A DNA stretch of 64,000 nucleotides from Fistulifera solaris (Eukaryota): positions 186,001 through 250,000 of the forward strand of contig AP026145.1 of NCBI GenBank assembly GCA_030295235.1. The letters are read 5' to 3'. The notes under the pieces were generated by a model, which had not been told where the DNA came from, made no database searches, and saw only the letters and a list, made by a program, of their open reading frames with translations. Both the position numbers and the translations under genes were made by a program. Below are positions 50,368-61,387 of this stretch, in pieces. Each line of letters starts with the position of its first letter. Within the stretch, counting starts at the first letter, position 1.

Positions 50368-52017
50368 ATGTTATCCTTTACGATTCGACTGTCGACGGGC
50401 TTAAAATGGACTATAACGCTGGAGGAAGGTGCGACCGTTACAGCCACCACCGTTCTTCAAGTGAAGGAGCATCTAATGACTATGAAAGACCAGCATAGAT
50501 ATTTAAACGACGCGACAATCGACACCATTCGCTTGATTTTCAAAGGGCGCATTCTTGAGAATGAGCGAACCTTATCCGATTATGAAATCGTCCCCGACGC
50601 AACTCTCTTTCTCGTCAAGAGTGCGAACCGCAGCAACGCGAGTCCAGCTGAACCTTCAAACGCAACCACAGCAGCGACTTCTAGTGCCCCGCGACCTGCT
50701 GCAGCGGCACCGCCTGTCCCTCTTGTAGCCAGCATGAACAACACGGCTTCACTGTTCAATCCGTGGGGTGCATCCGGATTCGGCGGTGCACCTCCTTCGC
50801 TAGACAGTCTGATGAATCACCCTCCGAGCCAGGAGCAGATGAACCAAGTACTCAACAACCCCATGATTCAAGGCATGCTCGACAGCAATCCCGATTTTTT
50901 GCGCAACATGCTACAGTCGCAGATGCAAAACAATCCGCAGTTGCGGCAAATGATGGAGTCGAATCCGGCGTTAGCGCAAATGATGAATGATCCTGCCGCG
51001 CTCGATCAAGCCATGCAAATGATGCGCAATCCAGCGGCTTTTCAGCAGGCCTTGCGTCAGCAAGATCTGGCGCTTTCGCAATTAGAAAACATGCCCGGAG
51101 GGATGGCGGCATTGAGTTCCATGTATCAGCAATACCAGCAGCCTTTGGAGGAATCCATGATCGGTGGTGGTAGTAGTGCGAGCGATACTTCGAATACAAA
51201 CGGCAATAGAAACGGTGAAGGCTCCATGGCGGGAGCGTCCGGTCAAGCCATGCCGAATCCCTGGGGCAACGCGTCAGCTTCGAGATCTGCAAATTCGAAC
51301 CAAGCTCGACCAGCAAATCCCATGATGAATCCTTGGGCGAATATGGGTAGCATGGCGAACAATACAGGTAGTACCAATCAAGTTGTACCGGATTTGTTCT
51401 CGCCGTTTGGTGGATTTGGCGGTATGCCGGCACCTGGAATGGCACCTTCGCCGCAACAACGCCAAGCAGTTTTGCAAATGATGGAGAATCCGGCTGTTCA
51501 AAGTATGATGCAACAGGCTATCCAGCAGAATCCAGAAATGTTTCGACAGGCATTGCTGGCACAAAATCCCATGATGGAACAAATGTTTCGCGACAATCCG
51601 GCCATGCTCGATCAAATGATGCAACAGATGATGAACCCACAAACACTTCGTGCTATGTTTCAAATGCAGGATCAGCTTCAAGGACTGAACTTAGGACAAT
51701 CCGGTTACCCAGCGGAACAATTGAACTTTTCGAATCTTCTTGGTGGTATGGCTCCAGTGGCGGAGCAACGTCCTCCAGCGGAGCGTTATGCAGTCCAACT
51801 GAGATCGCTTTATGATATGGGATTTGACGATGAGCAGCGCAATTTGCAAGCTTTGGAGCAGGTACACGGAAATTTGAATAGAGCGGTGGACTATCTGCTG
51901 ACAATGCCAGTACCTTCGGTCCCTACTTCAGCAAGCGCGCCCATGGATAGTTCGACGACACCGGATGTCGGAGCGTCGTCAGATCCGAAGGATGAAAAGG
52001 ATAAGAAAAATGATTAG
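50368..52017 (+). CDS. Ubiquilin/Dsk2-like UBL-STI1-UBA protein
   Basis: RLIFKGRILENERTLSDY; Met/Gln/Asn-Pro STI1 repeats; ERYAVQLRSLYDMGF...GNLNRAVDYLL. Confidence 0.93.
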   Translation: MLSFTIRLSTGLKWTITLEEGATVTATTVLQVKEHLMTMKDQHRYLNDATIDTIRLIFKGRILENERTLSDYEIVPDATLFLVKSANRSNASPAEPSNATTAATSSAPRPAAAAPPVPLVASMNNTASLFNPWGASGFGGAPPSLDSLMNHPPSQEQMNQVLNNPMIQGMLDSNPDFLRNMLQSQMQNNPQLRQMMESNPALAQMMNDPAALDQAMQMMRNPAAFQQALRQQDLALSQLENMPGGMAALSSMYQQYQQPLEESMIGGGSSASDTSNTNGNRNGEGSMAGASGQAMPNPWGNASASRSANSNQARPANPMMNPWANMGSMANNTGSTNQVVPDLFSPFGGFGGMPAPGMAPSPQQRQAVLQMMENPAVQSMMQQAIQQNPEMFRQALLAQNPMMEQMFRDNPAMLDQMMQQMMNPQTLRAMFQMQDQLQGLNLGQSGYPAEQLNFSNLLGGMAPVAEQRPPAERYAVQLRSLYDMGFDDEQRNLQALEQVHGNLNRAVDYLLTMPVPSVPTSASAPMDSSTTPDVGASSDPKDEKDKKND

Positions 52018-52180
52018 GTTGCTGTTGGTTCTGATGTCAGCCTATCGATAATTCTAGTTCTTTTGTACCACTCCATCGTTTCGCGTTATTGAGTTCACAT
52101 GCCGCTCAACAGATAAACGTTTCTACTGTCTTCTCTGTACTTTTGTTTATAGTTTTTAATGAATGCATAAATAATGTGAG

Positions 52181-55100
52181 CTAAATTAGACTTTTGATCG
52201 CTTTACGAATTGAGTGAGTGTTGTCTCCAATTGTCTTGAGCACACGCAACTTAAGAGTCGTCGAGAGCAATTCGGAATACATTTCGTTGTCCAAAATAAG
52301 TGATCGATTTGTGGCAAAGTCGAATCGATCAAAAAATTGCAGCGCAAGGTCGCGAAGAGATTGGACAAGATCCAGATGGATGTTATCATTGCGCTCCTCA
52401 TTGATTATCACCAGTGCTCGACGCAACAAGACAAGTGTCACCAACAAAGCGCGACCATTAGCCCCCGAGTCATTATCAGTAGCTGCTTCGGACCAAGTTG
52501 AGTTCAGTTTTTCTAGGAACAATTGTGCGTCAAATACCTCTTCGGCTGTAAGTGTATTCAGCTCGTTCAGCATGTCCTTTTCGTATGTGGACGCTTTTTC
52601 CTTTTCCACTTGCAGCAGTTTGCCAGATAACCTAGAATATCCATTCCTCACTCTAACCGATTCGTACTTGTGGCCGTAATCGACCTTCAATTCCAGCTCC
52701 GAACCATCGGTGGGTATCAACAATCGTCCACTGCCAGATGCGCTGTGTCCTAAGTAGTAATGAACCGCACCCTCGGGATCTTCTTTGGCGTAGACAGTCG
52801 GGACTTCCGTTCCATTTGTTTCGTTCACATAAACTAAAATGTTGTTCTCCGCCAAATCACTCAGCTCCCCAGTACCGTCATCCGTAATGTCAAAGACCAG
52901 ACCGTCATCTGCATTCGAACCAAACGACCATTTCTCCGACTTCCAATTGTGAATGAAATTCTTAACTATGTGGACATGTTCGGACTGGAGGTCTTTTGCC
53001 CGCAAGGGTGCGTAAACACCTAAATCTATCAGCTCGCCCTCATCGAGAACGAGAGCTTTGTTTCGACTCCGCTGGCAAGAATCGAGCGCGGCAATAGGCG
53101 CAGCTGATGCGAAGAGACCAAGACCTCCGTTCGGAATTCTTGACTCTTTGGCTTTCAGTCGCAAACGGTGCCCTTTCACAATTAGCTCGGTTGACTTGTG
53201 CTGTGCAGGCGAATGAACAGTCGGAAGGGTATATTGACGGTGAAAGGGTTTTCTTTCCAGAGGGCAATATTTGCTGCAATCAGACCATATGAAATTCTTG
53301 CCTTCCGTTTGGGCTAAAAACGATAAATAGCCTGCCCAAGCATCTGCTTCCTCTAGGTTACACAACTGTGACTTTGGGGCCTCGTTTCGAACACCAAAAG
53401 CCAACAACTGGCCAACACTTAGGTCCAAGGCCACGGAGAATCTGACTTCGCCATTGATTAGTGAGCATGACGCGATTCTCCCAAAGGCAAACTTTGCAAA
53501 CCCGTTCCGATTGATCCAGTGATGATGATATCCCTTGTTCAGAAGGAAGTGTCCAACGTCGTTCCGGTCACCGACGGCCGTGCAATCATCTTCTTCGTCT
53601 AGGACAGTAAGGTCCGTTACCATTCCCTCACCTGGTTTGCAGATCTTAAGTTCGTGTCTCGGTACAGCTTTGCGCTTGTCCCCGTCGTCAAATTCAATGT
53701 CGAAAAGACTATTCCTTTGGGCAATGATGTTCCCGTAATACCATCGCTGGAGGAAACGACGTCAGATAAAGAATAGCTGATAGCGACTCACACTACCAAT
53801 ACCAATTACTCACATTATTTTCATGCCATCGCGCATAAACACGAGTTCCATTTGGAACTTGAGACCTCGCAGCTTGTTTTTTGGGTTCTTTTGAAGCGCT
53901 TTTTTACGAACAGTTCGTCAAAGCGCATCTTAAGCTTCTTGTCTTTTCGAACTGCAAGAACGTCTTTTGCCCATGACTCATATTTAACCATCCTGGATTC
54001 CTTGTACGCAAAATTCTGACATATATCAAAGACACAGCGTCGTTTTGCTTTGCAACGGTAGCACGATTTACAAAAGATTGGGGAACAGCATGAGGAGCAC
54101 TCACGGCAAGAGGCAGGGCCTGACTTTGGTGGGGCTTTTGCTTTTTTGTGATCCTGTATTGTATCTTTTTAAATATCTCATCAAATCGCACTTTGAATTC
54201 CTTGTTTGAGCTTTTCTCAAGTGCTTGACGAGCCCACTTCTCGTACATTACCATCCTCGTCTCCTTATAAGCGAAATTCTGACAAATACTGAAGACGCAC
54301 TTAGTCACTTTATGACAACGGACACATATTCTACAGGTGATCGGTGAACAGCAGGACGAACATCGGCGACAATTGTGGACTCTGGACGATGCTTTCGCTA
54401 CTTCAGGAGCACTGACAGTACCAAAAGTTCTGATAGGATTATCCTTGTTGGCGATTAAACCGTCTTCTCCATAAACTCTCTCAAATTGGTCCTCTAGCGT
54501 CTTGACGCCCACCTTGACCGACTCTGCCTGTCGCCGAAAAGAATTAAGAACAGAATCCTTGTATTCGTACGCTAAGCAAGGGAGGAATACACATGATCCG
54601 TCTCTGTTGCCAAGGCAAACTTGGCACTTTTTACACATGAATTTCTCAGTGCATAAGGAACATACACCGCACCGACTTTTGAGCTTTTTGTCAGGCTGAT
54701 CCTCTTGCTCGATTTTGCTCATAATCTTGCTCGCAAAAGCACCTGCTGGTCCGTACAGTTCGTCAAACCGACGTTTAAGACGTTGATCGCCAACCATTAT
54801 CGATTTCGCTTGCTGTTTAGACTTAGCTAACTTTGTCTTTGTGTCGTTGTTCGCTAAACACATTGCAAAAACGCATCGCCCTTCATGATGGCCCTCGCAC
54901 GGAAAACACTTTCCGCATTCAATTGGATCCACGCACGATATACAGTTTCCACAGTAGTCGTCTGTGGGCTGCTCTTTCGCGATGAGGAGTCGGTATCAGC
55001 ATCTCGTGGCCGGTCAACGTTTCTAAGCTTGCTTGCAAAAATACCGTTATTTCCGTTCAACTTCTTGTACTTTTCTTCCAGGCGCTCATCGCCTTTCATT

Positions 55101-56123
55101 GCTGATTTTGCCTCTCCTGCTAGGTTATTAATCGTACTCGGCTTATACTCAAATGATAAACAAGGCCGAAATGCGCATGTTCCACTTCGTTTCTGACGAC
55201 AACGTTGACACTTTCCGCAAACGCTAGTATCTGTGCACGTGGAACAAGTTCCACAAGGCTTCGAAAACTTCCGGCCGGCTCGATCCTTTGCCGCGACGAT
55301 AGACTTGACCGCGGTACCGGTAGTATTTCGATTTCCTGAAGCTTCGAATCAATCAAACCATCCTCTCCGTAGATTTTCTCAAATTGAATATTCAATTTCG
55401 AATCCTTGAGCGTGATAGAATGCGCGTGTCGCTTGTGTCGACGAAGTGTCGACTCCGGCATCAGGCAACACGGCGAAAAGACACAGGAAAGTTCAACAGA
55501 GCATCTCGAACACTTTCCGCACACAAAGGGCGCCCTGCATGTTTCACAAGCACCACACGAATCGGGATTTGAGACGACAGGCTGGCAAAGATGTCATCAC
55601 TTTCTACTTTGACAGCCACGACACTGTTGTTGCTTGAGCGTGTCGCTGGCTTCTTTCGCAAGAGTGCTCGTCGTGCTGCAGACTTTCTGTCGTCTTCTTC
55701 TTCTTCTTCTTCTTCTTCTTCTTCTTCTTCTTCTTCTTCCTCCTCTCTCTGGCGCTTGTGGGTTCTCTCTTTGCTTACAGAATCCTTGTCGATGTGGAAA
55801 TCAGATTTGGCAGTCGAAGTCACAATACTTGCTTCGATTCCGGAAGATGCTATAGAAGAACAGTTTGACATAGTTTCATCGTCCGCAAAGGAACCATCCG
55901 AAGCCAACCCCGAAAGCCCAGAAAGGTCAGCCGGTGATTCATTCATCTGGGGTAAGGTGTCACATGACGATGTTGTCACATCTCGTGAAGCTTGCAAAGA
56001 GTCGGTTTGCATGGTCGCTGGAGGTTCGAAGGGTAAGCTAGCAGCGTCTTGTTCGACAACGGTGGATGTCGCTGAAGTAGCACAAGCGAGGATGCTTTCG
56101 GCGTTCTTGTTCACTTCACTCAT
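52181..56123 (-). CDS. Paralog 1: acidic N-terminus, six CXXC-like Cys-rich repeats, Tudor domain, PR/SET-like domain; intron 53747-53813; several frameshifts
   Basis: CxxCxxC-x5-CxxCxxC-xn-CVF.xC repeats; GTRVYARW..N/RWYYGNI...FDIEFDDGD; SRIPNGGLGLF, YVNE, ELKVDYGHKYE. Confidence 0.8.
55693..55742. repeat. (TTC)n microsatellite encoding a poly-Glu tract on the minus strand
   Basis: About 16 TCT/TTC triplets. Confidence 0.95.
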
Positions 56124-57061
56124 TACGGACTACAATCAAGTGCGACAACGTGTAATTAGTCAATAATACGGAGTATTAGATTGAGTCGGCATCGAAGTTG
56201 TATTTACTCTCGCAGCGATCTTTCTTCTGTTTGTGCAAGACGATCTTTTTGTTCGTCGCAACGATAGCGACGATCGAGTGGTATAAGAAGAATGGTGACC
56301 CGGAGATCTTTTTGATGACATATTCATGACTGGAATTCAGTCGTGAAAAAGTATTCTACACATTGGGGCTATAGTACAAAAGACAGCTTAACCCGATTGA
56401 TTTTTTACGTAGACTAAGGAGTTGAGCTGTATTTCCGATTCGGCCAAAAGTGAATATCGTCTGAAATTGGACAACATAAATCCACATGGCTGGTGTTTTC
56501 ACCGAATGTAAACAGAACAAGCATCGAAATATGTATCGCCCCCGTGCGACACTTTCATAGTGTTGTTTTGGGTGGTCATCTCTCCTCATCTGTTGATGAA
56601 TACACAAAAGAACCAATAATCATGTCTTGCCGTATGAATGTGGCGATGACAGCCCTCACCAAATGTGTCTGAGATAGCTGCATGAATAAAACGAAACGAA
56701 AACTTCTGTGTGACTCAATCTTCCCATGACTCCAAACCTTGACCCTCTTGACCACAGATTCTCGACTGCATTCGGTTGTCATGATTTGAGCTAACACTCG
56801 TCGCATTGACTTTTAACAACATAAAAAAGCCTTAATGCGTAATAAGGAATCATCGTAGAGTCTATTGCTACACATCTAACTAACGCGTTGCAAAGTAGCA
56901 ACACATTATTCATTTTTACGGAGAACATTCAAACTGCAATGCGGATTGCGGATGGAAATTGCTTCCACATATTCAAGTACCACTATAGTGCAAGATCAGG
57001 GAACAGTCTCGACGTAATAATCAAATCACAATACAACGACCCCCGCATTCTCGTGAGCATT

Positions 57062-59782
57062 TCACTTCGTTAGGTTCTCAATTGCGAGGCGGATTGAATA
57101 CGTGTTGTCCCAGCTCGACTTAATCACGGAAAACCCAAGTGCCGATGAAAATAAGTCAGCATACCCTTCATTCAATATGAGAGATCGATTTGCAGCATAG
57201 TCGAACAGGTCAAAAAATGCAAGTGACAGGCGATGAAGAGACTGGACAAGCCATACATGTTCACCAGCACAGTCCTCGCGGTTGTTGATCGCCTTGACAC
57301 GGCAAAGTAGTAAAAGCGCCACCAACATAGCGCGACCAACAGGTCCCCCTGTCATTGGTTGTCTTTGAGTCTGTCCAACTTGAGTTTAACTTCTCTAAAA
57401 AGCTGTAAATGTCGGAAATTTCTCCAGTCGTGAGCTTGCTCAGATCGTCGAGCATGTCCTTCTCATCAGAATATGCTTCCATCCTCGCTTCTTTGAGCTT
57501 CTGACCGGACAACCTTGAATAGCCGTTTCGTACTCGCACCATCTCATATTTTGGTCCATAGTCTACCTTTAATTCCATCTCGGTTCCATCGGTCGGAATC
57601 AACAAGGGCCCCTGGCCACAATCGTTGTGACCCAAGTAATAATGCATCGCTCCCTCTGGATCATTTTTGGCAAAAACAGTAGGGATATCTTTCCCGTTTG
57701 TTTCGTTCGTAAAAACAAGAATGTTCTTCTCAGCCAATTTACTCAAGTTTCCAGTGTCGTCGTCGGTAATGTCAAAAACCAAGCGAGGATCCCCAAACGC
57801 CTCGAAAGACCATTTCTCTGATTTCTTGTTATTTATGAATCCCTTTACAATGACGACATGGTCTGGCTTTAAGTCTTCTGTCCGCAAAGGGCCGTACACC
57901 CCTAAATCGACAAGCTCCCCTTCTTCGAGGACGAAAGCAGCACCCTTCTCTCTATGCTTCAGTGAGGCAATGGGTTCCGCTTTCACAAACAGACCAAGAC
58001 CTCCCTTTGGAATTTTTGATTCCTTAACCTTCAGTTTCAAACGGTAGCCCTTCACAACTAGTTCAATCGTCCTTTGCTGTGAACACGAATGAATCACGGT
58101 TGGAACAATATAGTGACGATGAATAGGAATTTCTCGTGGAAGACGATCACTCGGGATTGAATAGTTCCGTCCTTCAGTTTGGGCGACAAATGATAGGTAT
58201 CCTGCCCATGCATCTGCCTCCTCTACGCAAAGTAAGGGTGGATTCGGAGCTTCGTTGCGGACACCAAAAGCCAGCCATGTTCCGACACTCAAATCTAACT
58301 CGATAGAAAAATGGAGCATACCCTCCATATTAACGCAGGAAACAAACGTTCCAAATGCAGCCTTTCGTGTGCCTTCACGATTGATCCATTCGTGATAAAA
58401 GCCTTGTTTCATTAGGAAGTGACCTTGGTGCTCATTCGGTGTGCAAGTAGTCATGCGACGACATGCTCGACATTTTCCACACTTCAAAGAGCTAGTGAAG
58501 GATGTACAAGTTTCGCAACGGCGTTTGAGAGTTGGGATATCCTCTACTCCAGACACAGGCGCCTCCTTTATAAACTGGCTTGCGAAAACACTGCTTCCCC
58601 CATAAAGCTCCACAAACTTGTCTTCCAGTTGCTTATTGCCGACTTTGATGCCGATGGCTTCTTTACGGAATCTATTCAATGTGCGTGTCGAGTAATGTTT
58701 CGCGAGACAAAGTGTAAAAATGCACTTTCCTTTTTTACGACCAAGACAAGTGATACATTCACGACATGAAATCGGATCTGCACACGAAGAGCACTTTCCA
58801 CAACGACCGCCGGCCTTTTTTGAAGGTCCACAAGTAGCAAGAGCGCTTTGGTCGACAACTTTCAGTCTGGCGGCCAAAGCTCCGTTTTTCCCCCGTAAAG
58901 TGCCTCGAATTTGTCCTCCAAACTCTTGTTTCGCGACTTGGCAGTCCTTGCTTCGCTTCGATACTTCTTCAACGTCGCTGGTTTGTAAGCTGTCTTGAGA
59001 CAAGGTCGAAAGGCGCATCGTCCTTCCCGAAATTTCCGACAGCTCTTGCATTCTTTGCACTTTTCTTGGTTCATGCACGTGGAACACCTGCCACACAGTC
59101 CCCCAAGTTTGTTGCCTCGCGGACGTGCGGTGTTGATTGTGGCGGTAGATTGGTCACCAATAGAGACATTGTTTTTCTGTAATGCGCGCGCTTCTTTGAC
59201 GTTTTCATTTTGACTTTCAAACTGTGGTTTCTCTTTCACTTCATCAAGGCGCTTGTTTGGTTTTGCATCCACACAATTAATTTTGCTCATTTTATTTGTA
59301 GGCGACCCACGATTGTCAAACGGGAAGCTGGACTTTGTTTTTTCGAATCGTGGCCGTTTCGCAGCGGGCTTTCTGTCGTCTTCGTCGCTCTCCCACCGAC
59401 GCTTGTAAGAAAAATAGTCACCTTCGGACTCGGTGCTTGCATCGTTGTCACTACTACTGCAATCTCGTGACGCTTGGGTCCAAAGGTCCGTTTCAATTTC
59501 AGTTGAAGCATTGAGAGGAGAATTCGATAAAGAACACATTTCGTCGACGGAGAAATCGTTCAAACTGAACTCTGTTCGATCCGAATGATGAGCGAAAGCG
59601 GTATCCTGCTCAGTATCGAACAATCGCTTCGCAACTACCCGAGAAGTTTGCCAGCATTCCGCTTCCACACTCGTCGGTGACGTAAACGATGAGGGTCCTG
59701 ATTTCTTGACAATTCGAAAAATACCAGGAATATGAGGAGACGGCGGATTGTTTCGGTGCTTTTTCAACAAACTCATTCTCAT
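57062..59782 (-). CDS. Paralog 2: about 2.5 CXXC-like repeats and PR/SET-like domain, no Tudor; frameshifts near 58890 and 57345
   Basis: CGRCSTC..CKECKSC..CAFRPC, CGKCSSC..CRECITC..CIFTLC; SKIPKGGLGLF, FTNE, ELKVDYGPKYE. Confidence 0.8.
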
Positions 59783-61387
59783 AAGTAGACAGTCTTTGTT
59801 CGTTCACTAATTGCACGAAAATGTTTTTTCACAAGGATTTATCGATGAAACGATGCAGAGGTGCGAAACGACAAGGAAAATGGAAGGTGTTGGCGTTGGA
59901 GGCATGTTGGAGGCACCAAAAGATACGCCATCTCGCGGTTTCACGTTTGTGCGTGGTTTTTGCTTGCTATAAGATCCACTCTTACCGGTACTGAAATATC
60001 TCCAACCGAGTAGAAGAACTCTCACTGTAAAACAAAATGTTGGATTATGGTATGCGAGACTCGCCTCAATTTTAGTCCCGTCACTTCTTGGCGAACGGAA
60101 AGTTTTGCAGCGAGCGCGACCTTTTCTGCTTCTACCATCTGACCTATGGCACCAATGGATACGTTAGTTGACTTGATGATTGAAATGCAATACGAATTAT
60201 ACGAGAAGCTACCCTCTACGGTGCCTTAGGGTGTCTCGATCTCATTTCAAAAGAGACTTCTCATTAAATCATCCGACCCTCTAGAGTGTTCCAGTCACGG
60301 TTGATTTATGAATGAATCAACCCTACAAAAGTAGCCAGATCCTCAATAAACTGGAAAATTCAGTCAAATGTCGAAAAAGCATCCGCATTTCAGGAAAATT
60401 AGGAATAAATATAGTGTCAACGTAAAAAAAAAAAAAAAAGTCAGCGAGCGCGACCGCTCAATAAAGAAATATCCCCGCCTACCAGGTACCGGTACCGGTA
60501 CCGTATGTACCTGATACTGTACGCGACCTCTCCAATAAACAAAACCCGGCTTACGTGACCTTTATTTTTCTAGTTTGACCATCAAGCGCAGCCATTAGAC
60601 TAGTATTTCATGTTCAGTCGGTGTGTCGATTGATGATTTGGTATACAAACTGTTGCATCTTTACGAAAAGTCACAAGAGCTGCATCTCTGGGCCGTGACT
60701 TTCATGTTCACAGGCGGCATTTTTCTGTTGCGAAGGAACGATGAGTCATGTAGTTTCTTGGCATTAAAACCCTTTCGCGATGGCGCATTCAGAAAAAGGT
60801 CCAACGAAGCGGCAAAATGCTCCCTGTATCAGCGGTATCATCAGTCGAAACGCCACTGATGTTCAAGTACCTTTGTAGAGACAATTACAGCTTTCGAGAG
60901 CGGGTGAATCCGTTCCTTGGGGTCTTCCTTCGTCTTCGAGATCCGAAACTTTGATTTATTAGCTGACCGAAAGGATACCTGACGACGGCGTTGACAGCAA
61001 TTAACGTGGATCCGATTGATTGTAATGCTTTCATCAACGTTGAGTTGTTTCGATGAGTCATGATGTCGAAACTGGTGGCGCCATTCGGACATGCTCGGTC
61101 GAATGACGCACCAAAAAGTGATGACACAAAGGCACCTATCGAGAGCAGCTTTCTCATGCATAATGTTTGAAGAATACTATGATACTGTTTGGGCTTCGAC
61201 GATGCCCAACTGGCACGCAATGCACGGGACTTTGAACGCTAGAGTGCGTAATTACCTGTTGTAAGCACCGTTCGGCCCCGTCTCGAACAAGCACGTTTTG
61301 TGCTAAGCAACAAAGAGAACGAGTGCTTCAGATGCAATATATGATATAAAGTGAGCTAATAGTTACGCAACAGAAGAACAAAGCTAA

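Noticed and set aside
5688..52017. Ubiquitin-pathway gene cluster (E2, UBX, ubiquilin)
   Set aside because: The genes are more than 20 kb apart with many unrelated genes between, and such genes are common.
60424..60439. Poly(A) tail of a retroelement
   Set aside because: No target-site duplication or upstream element similarity is visible.
60623..61220. Small gene between paralogs 2 and 3
   Set aside because: Only short overlapping ORFs with no recognisable motif; it cannot be supported, although a frameshifted small gene is not excluded.
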